Part shown: positions 50,775 to 63,044 of the stretch, one piece after another
How the letters are laid out: each line of letters opens with the position of its first letter
Position numbering within the stretch: the stretch's first letter is position 1
Assembly: GCA_010093605.1 (NCBI GenBank)
Contig: MU004196.1
Span: forward strand, 332,606-396,605
Source of the DNA: Lophium mytilinum
Lineage: Eukaryota
DNA: 64,000 nucleotides
Reading direction: 5' to 3'
Program-made: the position numbers and the translations under genes
The notes under the pieces: generated by a model
Seen by the model: only the letters and a program-made list of their open reading frames with translations
What the model was told of the DNA's origin: nothing
The model's database searches: none

Positions 50775-51941
50775 TCAAGAACTCGCTGGGTCTACGAGGC
50801 CAGAGCGCGCCACGTGGTTGAGACTGGCAGCACCCTTCGCCTGCGGCCCGGGCCCCTTGTCCGTCTCATGCTGAGTGCACACTAGATCGAACACCCGCTG
50901 CTGGTAGACTTCATTGGCTAGTTAGTGCATGTGCCGACACTGTTGAGGATGCGCACTTACAGACGACGCCCGTCTCCTTGATTGGATTGAGGATCCCCTC
51001 GGCGTAGACCCCCTTTTCGAGGTTCTCTTGGGCTTTCTCGCAGAGCTCGTAGTCTTCCATAGCAACTTGGCGGACGAATTTGAAATAGTGCTCGAATTTG
51101 TCACCATCTTTCTCGTGGTAGTAGTCGAACTCCATCCTGGTGACGCCCGGCTTATCTGTAGGGCAGACTCTGAACGAGGACATTCCTCCACCATATACAT
51201 TCAAGGTGCAGTTGGGGAAGAAGTAGAGAAAGAGACCATCGTTTGGCTTCTTAGGATCAGCTATGTGCTGAGAGAAGTTCTTGTGGTTATACACCGTGTA
51301 GAACGTTGGCGGGTAATACACCGAGAACGACGGATGAGTGTATTGGCAGTGGAGACACTCTTGATACCCATCCACCCTACTGTGCGTTAGTGGATTGTTT
51401 GTTAGAATAGCAAGGGGTCTCCTTACATCGTCTTCCAGTTGAAGTTCCCCTCATACTTGATGCTGCGGCGGTATGGCAGTTTCGTAAAATCCACCCTCTT
51501 TAGCAAGCTCTCGAGGTCTGGAAAAAAGTCTTCAAACGCGGGTGCGTTGTCAGAAATCGTCGTGAATAGGAGGCCCGTCACGGTCAAGTGGCTTCTCAAT
51601 TCTTTGCCCTAGTCATAGTCAAGAACATTCCCTCTCAGAGCATATCGCGAAAGCCACTAACTTCGGCAGCTGAATAGACCTTGATATGTCGTGGGTCGTC
51701 GGAGTTTCGAGTAACGATGAGCTTGACCTGGGCCATCTCATAGTCGACCTTCTCCCCAACGACCTGGAAGCGAGTTACAGGCCCCAGAAGATACCATGCC
51801 TCGACCTAGTTAGCCCCAGAGCTCAAGCGGCGGCTGCTCCCTTCGACGGCGTACCTTCAGAAACACGGCACGACGCTCAAGCTGATACAGCGGCAGGCTA
51901 CAGTACCAGGACGCAGGGAGAGTTCTCGTGAGCGAAGACAT
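50775..51941 (-). CDS. Rieske oxygenase alpha-like protein (choline/carnitine monooxygenase-like) with catalytic Fe ligands but no [2Fe-2S] motif
   Basis: MSSLTRTLPASWYCSLPLYQLERRAVFLK|..WYLLGPV..|GKELRSHLT..FNWKTM|VDGYQECLHCQYTHP..FFPN..QVAMEDYELCEKAQENL..G.L.P..E.GV. Confidence 0.85.
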
Positions 51942-54865
51942 GGTAACATATGAAGATATTTTCAGGCGCCTAAAAGCGAGTATGCGCTCGATTTTCGAGA
52001 TTGAAGAGACAAGAGTCGCTATCGTTATGTTGATGAGACGGCCCTTGATGAGTTCCATCAGTGACGAAACCGGATGGGGATAAAACGTCCAGTAGTAGCT
52101 CCGCATTCAACGCCAGCGCTGTAAGCGTCTTACCATTGGAGTCCTCGGGAGCGCAGTAGATCGAATTGGAGACTCTTAGAGTCGGCTATGATGCTGATCG
52201 CGTCACGAAATGGTTGCCACGAGATGCCTTGTGCACCATCCTACTGCAGCTGATAGGGCTAGTGCGATTTGGCGTTGATATATTACGGCACTCGAGCTCC
52301 AGATAGATGAGTCTATTGGGCCATACCGGCTGTTCGAAATCGAGGGTTTTGCTAACCGGTACGCTAAGCGCGGGATGCCTTAGAATGGGGTGAGGTCTGG
52401 GGCTTATCGTAGAAGCTCCAGAATGCAGACTGTGGGTCCTCTCCACCATGGTTCCCACGATACCTACCATCGCAGTCGGTTCTAGGAACACAGTCGAGCC
52501 TTGCGAACGAGAGGCTTTGGATCTGCTCCGCCATACACAATTGGCTTGTCAGAAACAGCTGGAGATGCTCGGATGAGATCTGGGTTGGATGTACGATGGG
52601 CCAATGTCGCGGGGCAGAGCAGCTGTGGCTGTCAGGCGAGTGCAGTCCGCTCAGCTATAGGCCAGCTTTGGGGTCCCGAGGACGGGACTGCATCTGGTGC
52701 GTCTCAGGGAGCGAGGTGAGGTTGGTCCCCTTGGTCGACGCGGGTGTTGGGCCCTTCCTGTGTAGCCGATTACTCAGCAGCTTCCGTGTATATCTTGCCT
52801 TCTCCCGGCCTAGCAAGCTTCATCGCCTGAACAACACCACCACAGCGCCACTATTCTGTCAGTGCCACTCAGTTCAATTACAATATTCTCTTCCAGCATA
52901 CCGATTTCTCACGCCGGGCGGCAGATCCCGGACACGATGACGCCTGACGCTGCGTCTCGCTCGCTGGTTGGGTGCTCACCATGCCGTCTGGCGCCCAAAA
53001 GTGACACGAGCTGAAGAATCGCACGAGAAAAGAAAGCTCCGCACGCCCCGCACCCGCTGCTCCTTGCGTTCGTCAACAGTTACACTAGCCCGCATGTCCG
53101 CACATATATCGGGGCCTCAGGGCTCATAATGGTCCGTTTCTGGGTTCCAATTGCCCTCGCGCTGGGCCTCGTCTATGTCGATCTTTTTTCTGGCTGCAGC
53201 AGCCCGTTCTCGAAACTCATCCTAACGCTGATCCATGCCGTGCACGCAGACAGCTGCACTAACAACTTGACGATATCTGTTCCATGGTGCGCTATTCGAC
53301 AGCCCTTCTTCCGAACGAGACCCGCAGTATGTCATTGAATAGTGTTACTAAGTTAAGAATCACCGCCACACCGGGGACCTTGTCACCCCTGACTCCACGT
53401 AATCCAATAGGAACGCTTCCCATCGCCTCGTAGACGGTTCGCCGTCTTTTCAAAAAGGACTTTCGGAAACGGGACGGGCCCGTAGCTCCACGTCTAGCCT
53501 CCACCAACGTCTACCCCCGTCCAATGACGCTTCGTACCGTGCATTGATCCCGAGATCCAGCAGAGCAGCTCCCCTCATCCATAGAGTGCCAGTCCAATGG
53601 CAGTCAACCACTAGAGTAATTCATTGCCAGTATGGGATTGGCTTCGGAGAATCTCCCGTTGTCACTTTACCTCAACATTATGGCATCCGAAGACACTGTC
53701 TGTGTAAATGCCAAGCATGCAAAGGTAGGTAGCTAGTGCCCAAGTGGCGGGCACTTTCTACCATATTTCGGACTAGAGCACAATAGAGTCATAGTCAGTC
53801 GTACAGTAGATCCTTCCACCGCTAGGCGTCCCGAAATCGGAGGCCCAGGTACTTCATATGCAAGGCTGGTTGCATGATACATACATTAGTGCTCCGGGAA
53901 CCTTTACCGCACCTACTAACGGCTAATAGCGTGGAATCAATTCTCTCCTCGAGAATTCCATATCCAAGACGCGTATCCGGCGAACTGATTGGCAACCACG
54001 TGTCTGCCAAGAAGATTCGCGCCCCAAGTAACTCCTGGATCTGAAGTACCAACCCGAATTAGCCTTCCTCTCCCTGCCGACTTTCTAGCCACTAACCGAT
54101 ACCACAAGACACGGGACCAAGCCCTTCGACTACCATAGACTGCCCTCCAATGGACCTTCTCAATGCCCCCACGTCGATCATTCATGGTCGTTTTTACCTT
54201 CACAAGAAGTGCAATCCGGAGACCCACTGTTATGAAGCCCGACTACCAGGAACATCATCTCACTTCAATTTCTGCAAGCCGTATCACCATCCACCCATGC
54301 TATCACAAAGCCCCAGCGCTGTGGACTACGGTGAGAGCGGCTGCTTGTCAATCTCCCAACCCGCAATTACACGACCGACGGCTTGCTCGAGACGTGTGTG
54401 GTGATAGGTTCCACGTTGGCGTAGTTGCACAGGCACCTTGATGGTCGCAGTCTTGCCGTCAAGCAGCGCGAGATGATATTCCGATAAAGGACAGGGAACA
54501 TCCTCGCCGAGGAAGGCCAGCGCACTGTGGTAAACCTTATGATATCGTTGGGATGGAAGAAGGGACTACAACATGTCATGTGAACGTAAAATGTAGTGTT
54601 GAGGTTGGAAGCGGTCAGCTGTGCGACTGTTACAGAGCCCGAGGTGAGGCTTGTGACGCGCTTCGTGTAAGTGAGGCGCGTGCCAGATTCGATGCTCGAT
54701 GCTTGCGACGCCAACGAAAACGAGAGGGAAAAGAACGGGTGGCGGGAGAATGAGTCCTAAAAATTGGAAGAACTGCGCATTGAAGACTGTGATATGGGTA
54801 AAAATCAACTACGGCATCGCACAATCAAAGGAATTGTCGATCTTTGTCCTTCCAATACCCGATGC

Positions 54866-57115
54866 CTAAGACCACGCCCTCTCAGTCCCGACAGGCACAA
54901 TACCATACTTCTCCATCCCTTCCACCATCAACGCTTCACTCGCAACCCCTTCGTCGCAAATCTCCTCTTGCCGCATGCACAACTCAACTGCAAGATCATA
55001 AAACGCGTCTACAAGCCCCGCTTTCTCAATAGCCTCCCACCTCTCATAGCCCCTATCCCTATCCTCCTCCGGCGTCCTAAGCTGCGAGAACCCCTCCACC
55101 GTCTCCCCCTTTCCCCCACCTAGCGCACCCCCAAATACCATAACCTTGCCACCCTCTTCAAAGCTCCTCCACGGGCTTTTCCCATTCGCGAACTCCACCC
55201 AACACTTACTCATAAACTCGCTCACCCGCTGATGCTTCTCAGGCAACTGCTTCTTCAGCAGACCCCACACATACACATTATCCAGACTATGATGCGCCAG
55301 TCCCCCCCACTCATTCCGAAACGGACTCGGCACGTCGAAATGATACCCTAGCAGCCGCGGCTGCGCCCGCAGCGCCTTGAAGTTGACGAGCGTGTACAGC
55401 GCGTCCGTCGTCATGCGCTCCGTGGCCCAAAACAGGTCGTTCTGGCTCATATCGTCCCGTAACCCATACAGCTCGATGATAGTCTGTGCTGCCGTTGCAG
55501 GGTACACGGCTTTCGAGTACCGTCGGTGCGGGCGCGAGGGGTTGAGCACATGGCGGATTTTGGAAAGTAGGGCGCGGGGTGGGAGGGAGCGGAAGGCTTT
55601 GTTCCAGATTACGCACTCGTTGCGCACGTCGCCGAGCATGACGGCTTCGCACCACGAGGGGAGTTTGAAGTCGGCATACTGGGAGTACGTGGGCATTGGG
55701 CCGTTGATGAGCACGCCGTCGTCGCAGGGGGAGAGGGTGATGACGGGGGTGACGAGGACGGGGACCATGGCGGCGGTGAGTTCTTTCTCTGGCGTTTCGA
55801 TGAGGCGTTGAAGGCGTTCGCGCGGGGAGAGGGAAGACGGGATTGAGAGGTGGGTGAGGGTTTTGTTGTAGATGGATTGGTACTGCGAGGGGGTGAGGAC
55901 GCCGCAGAGGGGGAGCAGGCCTGACTGGATTATGGTGCGGGAGAAGAGCTTCTCGCCGCGCAGGAGGTGGATATTCGCCGATACTAGCAGTGGCGTTAGC
56001 CTCGTCTTCCTATGTCTATTCTAGAGACTGAGAAAGTGAAAGTCGAGAAGTGAGTTTGGGATAGGGAACATGGCATACCTCCGCCAGCCGACTGCCCGAA
56101 TAAAGTCGCGCGTGCGGGATCTCCCCCGAATCCTGAGATGAACCGCTGCACCCACCGCAACGCCTCCACCTGGTCCCAGATCCCGTAGTTGCCGACCCCG
56201 TCCTCTCCGTGCTCTTTATTATACTCTTTGATTTCCTCGCTGGCTAGAAATCCAAACAGCCCTAACCTGAAATTGATAGATATGATGATTGTAGGCATTT
56301 CGAGGTTCGCGGATATCTCAGAGAGCACGCGGCCGTCGTAGATCGCTGCACCGCCCGCGGCGTAGACGAAGGCGCCGCCGTGGAGGAAGAGCATTACGGG
56401 GTACTTTTGAGGGGCGGAGGTGGGAGTAGGTGGAGAAGGGACGGAGATGTTCAGGGAAAGGCAGTCAGTGGAAGAGGTGGTGGGGGTGTCGGAGAGCCAG
56501 GGGCGGGATGGGTTGGGAATGGGGTAGAAGTCGCGGGGGGGTTGGGAGGGGAAGGGGCTTAGTTTTGTTAGTGGGAGTAGATGGTTGGAGGCGTTAAGAT
56601 GGGTAGGGACGAATGTGTATAGAAGTAAAATAAAGTAAGTAAATTAAAGTGAGTAAGTTAAAGTGAGTGAGTTGAAGTGAGTGAGTTGAAGTGAGTAAGT
56701 TGAAGTGAGTGAGTTGAAGTGAGTGAGTTGAAGTGAGTGAGTTGAAGTGAGTGAGTTAAAGTGAGTGAGTTGAAGTGAGTGAGTTGAAGTGAGTGAGTTA
56801 AAGTGCGAACTAAGGAGTATGAAATGAGATGTGTGAATTAAGGCGTGCGGAGGGGCAGGAGGCGGTTCGTAAGGCTTTGAGCGATGAGAGATATGTTATG
56901 AGAACAACTCACCCGACCTTGGTCCCATCCCATTTCTTCTCTGGCCATGGTACTACTGCTGGCTGAGGTCGTCGAAAGCGCCCTGGGACTGTAGCATAGG
57001 GGATGCCCATGTACTGGGTGCTCTTGCCATCGAAGCAGAGGCCGGTGATCTCGCCTAGCTCAGGGATATCGATAGACACTTTTGTGACTACTTTTACGTC
57101 TTCTGCGGATGTCAT
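54866..57115 (-). CDS. Type-B carboxylesterase (cholinesterase/pNB-esterase fold)
   Basis: YMGIPYA..RFRRP, DCLSLNISVP, FLHGGAF, NFRLGLFGF, GNYGIWDQVEALRWVQRFISGFGGDP, GQSAG (catalytic Ser) and AHHSLD (His). Confidence 0.93.
56645..56805. repeat. 14-bp minisatellite (AAGTGAGTGAGTTG) in esterase intron 1
   Basis: About 11 near-identical units. Confidence 0.95.
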
Positions 57116-58012
57116 GGTGACTCAACGAGAACAATGCTAAGAATGAACGGCAAATGGACAGATCAAAGACCGAATGGATGGATCTGAAGGTCTAGCAGAG
57201 ATGAACAGTTTTTTCTTGTTCTTTTATGGTGAGCCCGACTCCCGTTGTAGAACCGGCTCCTACTTCCGATCCATACATACTGCTTCTGATGTTCCATAGT
57301 TGAGACCGCAATGGATACCCGCAACGGTACAAGCAAACCTGTAAGACAGCTCCAAAATGAGGAGACGTGGAAACTGTGGAGGCGTTCACGAGAGCCCTGG
57401 CACACCTCTTATCGACGGACTCGTGGCGGGCTGGCGACACTAGCGTTCGCATTCGATGTCAGAATAGGGTATAGACTGCTAGACCCCTGCTAAAACACCC
57501 TCTCTGAACCCTGGATGCGTTATCCCACTGCTTGGCATGGTGTTGATCCGACGGGAAGTTGAAGCTGCTGAGACGACTGCCATGCGGATGGACGAGATGC
57601 GATGGGGCTGCTCATGATGATTAAAGATGGAACGGAGAGAAGCGACGGTTTAAAAATCGGTGTTGCTTCCACCTGCGGCCCGTGGTACTTCTCCTGACTC
57701 CCTTTCCCCTTCCAAACCTCTCCCCTCCTTTGCCATTCACGCAGCTCTCCAGATGCGCGCTTAGGCCTCCAGTTCAACTTTAGATTCCGCTGCTACCAAC
57801 CACGATGGATGTCAATTCACCCCCAACCGCTAGAGGGCAATACCAAGCTTCTGCTAACGCCCTGACTCGCCTCGGGCCGGACCCAGCCCTATGCCCTGCC
57901 GCCGCCTATCACCGCAGGACCCGCACTTCTGAAGCCTGAACAACTCATACGCAGCTGCGATTCATCTCTAGGACCTAGCCATCAACTTCCCGATGATTTG
58001 GCCGGATTGAAG

Positions 58013-60225
58013 ATGCAGTCACAGGAACGGGCTCCGATGAGGCGGGCGAAGAAGTCTAGGAATGGCTGTGCTAGGTGCAAAGGCCAGCGTGTGAGTCGGA
58101 GAACCGCCCCGACGAATTGCGACAGGAAGCTGACTTTTCATAGCTCAAGTGCGACGAAGCGAAGCCTGCCTGCGGACGATGTGTGCGTGTTGGAGTGCAA
58201 TGCCCAGGATATGTGCAAAACCTGAAATGGTCTACCAAATATGAGGTCTTCAACTCGACTACCGGAGACGAGGCGGTCAAGAACGGACAAGACGGCGTCG
58301 AGGGCAACCGGCCTAAGCCACGGCTGGAGGAGCTGGATACACCTGTACACGATGGAGGGCTGGACCTGGAATCGGGACAAACCCATACGTTTGACGGCGC
58401 ATCCCCAGACGACGGAGATATACCGCTGGAGATGGGGCTGGGCATGGGCGTGCTGGACTTCAACTTCAATCGAATTTTCCCGGAGATGGACGACGAGTCG
58501 TTGGGATATAACGGATCGCTGAACTTTGATTTCGAACAGAGTATGATAGCATCATATTCCGCGCCCACACTCGCAACAGGTGCGAGGGTTTCACCTGCAG
58601 CCAATACGCATACAAAAAATCAAACACCAGATTCAAAGAGCACTACCGTAACCAAACCTCAAAAACGCCCAAAGGGACCGCCTTCTCCACCCTCCATATT
58701 CAATCTTCGCCAATCCGTCAAGATCCCCGTGGGCGCGGCTCTCAATGATGTTTCTTCCATCCTGACCGAGTTCTACTTCAAAGAAACCGCTCAAGTCTTT
58801 TCTTGCTACGATAGTCCCATGAACCCATTTCGCAGCACTGTATCTCAGCTCTGGGGGAACTCAAAAGTCATATACTGCACCCTTCAAAGTATGGCAGCTG
58901 CCAGTCTTCTGGACAATTTTCCACATCTTGCACCAGTTGGCCGTCAACTCCGCGCTGAAGCCATGGCAGAACTTGATAAGACCCAAGACCAATTCGATCA
59001 CAGATCGCTTCTCGCACTTTTGATGCTTGGTGGCACATCCTCGTGGCATGACCCCAACGATCTCGGGCTGCCCTTCTTCAACCTCGCGCGCAAGCGCCTA
59101 GACTCTATGGCTGCCTCCGGGAAAATGCCAAAAGACGGGAATAACTACCGCTTCTTCGAAGAGGCCTTGATATATTGGGAGATGCTGTTATCTTATGTCG
59201 CAGACAACAACAGCCTGGACCCCATGCGTGAACCTCTCGAACCAAGCCCTTTCCAACCTTCACGTCAAGTCCCGCATCCCTGGACCGGCGTTGCCCGTGA
59301 CTGTCAGTACGTGGTGCAAGAAGTCGGGCGTGTCATTCGGCAACAGCGGAAACTCGCACACTCGCGGTCTTTCACTACAGAAGCCCACATCTTGAAGCTA
59401 CAGAAAGCTATGGCGCGTGCAAGCGAGCTTGAGCTTCAACTGCTAGAATTCGGCTACCCAACCGAGCATGAAGTCGTGAGTCCTGAAGACCGCGAGACGC
59501 CGGTATGGCATCTTCTCAATCTCGCCGAGGTATATAGGAGAACAGGATTGGTGCAAATCTACCGCGTCTTCCCCGATCTTCTGATGCGCAGATTGCCCAC
59601 ATTGTCACCTCGAGACGAATTTGACCCCTTCTCACCCCCCTCATCAACCGACTTCTCCGAGAAAGACCAAGCCGATGAAGATAGAGAGAGGCGGAACGAG
59701 TGGCTCACCGTCTTTGCACTGGAAACCCTAGCTTTACTGAAGACAATACCACTGGAATCTGGGACACGGGATTTCCAGCCTTTCTTACTGGTCGCGAGCT
59801 GCAGCGAGCTCAGATTCGAACCAGACCCCTTGCCGTCAACACCCATCGTCGATCCGGCTGCAGCGTTCGCGGCACAGTTTTCGGCACGATCGAGCAACGG
59901 CAGAATCTTGACCCCCCTAGCCGCCCACCCTAATGCCCCTAGCCACATCGGTGGGAACGGGAGTGGGGCCTCAGCTTACAACGGTGCCGACGTCCCGCTT
60001 TCCCTTCGCGCGGTCGAGGTTTCTCGTGCTCGCCAGCTTATCGAGGGCAGACTTACGAGTTTCCTGCATATCCTCCCGCCGAAGCCTATGCACGTGTGTC
60101 TTGATATAGTGAGGGCGACGTGGAGGAGGCTAGACGAGACGAAGAATCTCAAGGGAAGTGAGGCGGTGGATGTATATTGGATGGACGTCATGATTGAGAA
60201 CGGGTGGGAAACAACGATGGGGTGA
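58013..60225 (+). CDS. Zn(II)2Cys6 transcription factor with a fungal-specific TF (type 2) domain
   Basis: KSRNGCARCKGQR|LKCDEAKPACGRCVRVGVQCPGY; later YDSPMNPFR, ALIYWEML, PHPWTGV and VYWMDVMIENGWETTMG. Confidence 0.93.
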
Positions 60226-60614
60226 GTGAGTGGGCTGGATGTCGATCTCACGGTGCCCTCGCGAATTAATTTTGGTCACGATTCTGGCGCTTTGGATAGC
60301 AGATTGAGGGTAAGCGGGTTTTGGTTGCAGGTGGGTCACGGTTCACGACTAGCTATATTCAGTTTTAATACACGATTCTATGATGAGACCTTTACGATAC
60401 TACTCTCTCCTTCATAGGTTGCTGTATATCCATTTCTCACTGTCCGCCGCAAACGTTGAAGCGTGGGCAATCAGACTACCTCCATCAACTACCTCATAGC
60501 TAGGGCCAGTGCGTCGAACGAGCAAGAGTAGAGCCCTAATAATGGTAGATCATGTGCCTAGTACTGGTCACGCCGCGTACGTACTGATACCACCGAACCT
60601 CTACTAGGCTAACT

Positions 60615-60897
60615 CCTACACGGTTCGATTCGTTACTTCTTCTTCCAGTACCACGAGAGACGCGTCCATGCTGCGTAGCCATGTTCTCGATGTGTTGTCT
60701 GCCAACTTTTCTTCTGCGCGATTCGATCTGCGCAGTTCGATCCGTGACTTCTTTTCATTTTAGTGCCACAAAGAGAGAGACACTGCGTAGCTGCATCTTA
60801 CAAACAGGAAAGGTACTCCGAGTCACCCAGAGCTAGATTTCAAGTCTTATGCCGTTCGATTCTCGACTTCTTCTCACATTAGCACCGGCGAGGGGGA
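60615..60897 (-). repeat. Second array (3 copies) of the same ~120-bp unit, inverted relative to 47125-47775
   Basis: The reverse complement reads GGTGCTAATGTGAGAAGAAGTCGAGAATCGAAC..CTCTGGGTG..GAGTACCTTT..GCTACGCAGTG, matching 47650-47763. Confidence 0.8.
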
Positions 60898-60980
60898 TGA
60901 ATTATAGTGTGTTTGGATTAGTTATTTATGATGAAGATTCTGAGCCGACATGGGAAGGTTAAACAGACACCGAATGAAAA

Positions 60981-61668
60981 GGACAAGCCTACTTGTAGCC
61001 CCCCTTTTGCCTCCGTGTAGCCCCCCCTATATTAGGTCTAGCGCCGGCCTGTATAAATATTAGTCCACTAATTAAACTCACTTGTTTACCTCTAGCTTGC
61101 CTTGCACGCTAAGCTAACTAAATCTATATATTATAGGTAAACGTATAATATTCTCTCCTGCATCCCACCTTAATACTATACTACTCCGGGCACCCCCTTA
61201 GGCCCGCTATAAGTCCGTAGAGGCTAATATAGCATCTATCTAAGCCTATATAAAGGCGCAGGGCTATACCTTTTAAAAATATAGTAATAAGTATAATAAG
61301 TGCACTCTACTATAAGTGCGTAAAGTTTTTATAGAATTTAACTGCGCAGGAATATATATACTAGCTAATAGGAAGCGGCGTACGCGTACTAAGAAGACTA
61401 ACTATTAGATAAAAGCTTCCTTCTCTTATAATCTTTAGCTAGGCAACTAGTTCTTTAAGGTAATTAAGCTGCACTATAATTATAAGGCTTTCCGTTTTAT
61501 AATATATACTTACTATTTTATGCAGCCTTCTATAAAGTTAAATAAGTAAGTTTAATTAGTAGAATAATATTTATACGGGCCGGCGCTAGACCTAATATAG
61601 GGGGGGCTACACGGAGGCAAAAGGGGGGCTACGATAAGGTGAAAGGGGGGCTACGAGTAGGCTTATCC
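60981..61668 (+). mobile_element. RIP-mutated non-autonomous Mutator-like (MULE) element
   Basis: TIRs of roughly 80-100 bp starting GGAYAAGCCTACTYGTAGCCCCCC and an 8-bp TSD AATGAAAA (60973-60980 and 61669-61676). Internal relic I*AYIKAQGY..RTRTKKTNY..N*FFKVI..HYNY resembles the MULE N-terminal (FAR1/WRKY-like) DNA-binding domain. Confidence 0.88.
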
Positions 61669-61892
61669 AATGAAAATACACTAATTCTAGGGGACTTTTG
61701 TTATCGTTCACAATTCTTCTGGATTGGGTAGTAGAAGTCATGTGACTCCAGTTTGAGCTCGGGCCATGTCTAGTCTAAAATACAAAAAGCTCCGGGGCGC
61801 CTAGAATTCAACCTGAACGCCTTAACACACCTTCGCAGAACCACCCGAAGCCCATTGGCTCAACACTCGGCTTCTCGTGGACAGAGACACCA

Positions 61893-62656
61893 CTAATTCG
61901 TAATGACCGGAGCAGTATTGTCCCACTTGCCGCTCTCCGCCGCACCAACCAGCCACTTCGCAACACTCCCCCGCGTGATGGCAGCCATCATCCCCACTCC
62001 CTTGCCCGCATTCGGCCACTCTTTCACGTCTTTCGCCTCTCCCTCTTCAAGACGCGCCGGACGCACCATCACGTATGTTACGCCGCTGGCTCGGACCTCC
62101 TGGTCGACAAGATTATGGTCGTCGTACTGGTAGATCATGTTGCTCTTCTTCATGAGCAGGCGCATGATGCAGTTCATGTTGGGCCAGGAGTCGCCTACGC
62201 CTTGCGCCTGCATGATGACTACCTTCGCCACACCGAATTCCTTCATGGCGGCCACGACGTTGGCGTTCGAGTCGGCCATGAGGCGCGGTGGGGAGATGTT
62301 GGCGGCGAAGGGGCTGTCGGCTGCGCGGGGCGCGGAGAGGGTTACGAGGACGACGGAGGGGTTTGAAGCTTCGAAGGCGGCGCGGACGTCTTCTTTCTTC
62401 ATGGGAGTGCCTGTGGTATTGTTAGTGAGGGTTGGGTGTTTGTTGTGTGCGAGGAATGCGTACCAGCTACGACCTTGAGGCCGGGCTTCGCTTCCACCGA
62501 GGAGGGAGTCCTGGCTAGAGTAGTGACTTGATGGCCTTTTCTACGTTAGTGAGGGCTTTCTGAGTGTACATGGGCGATACTCATACCTCGCTGGAGAAGT
62601 TCGTCGATAACGAGCTTGCCAGTGCGGCCGCTGCCTCCAATGACGAGAACCTTCAT
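61893..62656 (-). CDS. NAD(P)H-binding atypical SDR (flavin reductase/BLVRB-like)
   Basis: MKVLVIGGSGRTGKLVIDELLQR|GHQVTTLAR..|GTPMKKEDV..YVMVRPARL..ITRGSVAKWLV. Confidence 0.88.
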
Positions 62657-62804
62657 GGCGATTGCTTAGAATGGTGAGGCAGATCTTAGAATTGTGGAGG
62701 TAAGGCTTGTAAGTGCTGGAGGTAGAAGCTGTGAGTTTGTTGTTTGCTGTGTCTCAGAGAAAGCCAGCGGCGTGGTGTATTTATCGAGTGGTAGGAGCAG
62801 TCTT

Positions 62805-62834
62805 CGGATCCGGGGCCGGATTTACCGGATCCGG
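62805..62834. promoter_or_regulatory. CGG-rich palindromes in a divergent promoter (candidate Zn2Cys6 sites)
   Basis: CGGATCCG-GGGCCGG-ATTTA-CCGGATCCGG lies between two divergent ATGs (62656 and 63045). Confidence 0.45.
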
Positions 62835-63044
62835 ACAACATTCACGTGCTTGGACAGAGCTCCTTGACTGCAGTACATATTTCTCGCCCTCCCAACGTCC
62901 TGAAATACTCATCCTCTCCATCAACCTCTCTATCAACCTCTCTAACTCACTCACGGTTCTACCCAACCTCTCAAATTCGATCAACTCCACCTCAAGCTCA
63001 ATCAACCCCACCTCAATCTCTGCCTGATACGTACGTCAAACATT

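Noticed and set aside
52100..54800. Many short ORFs in a 2.7-kb intergenic region
   Set aside because: No recognisable domains or coherent exon chain.
62781..63011. Coiled-coil-looking ORF (LIELEVELIEFERL)
   Set aside because: Antisense reading of TCAACCTC-rich 5'UTR repeats of the monooxygenase.
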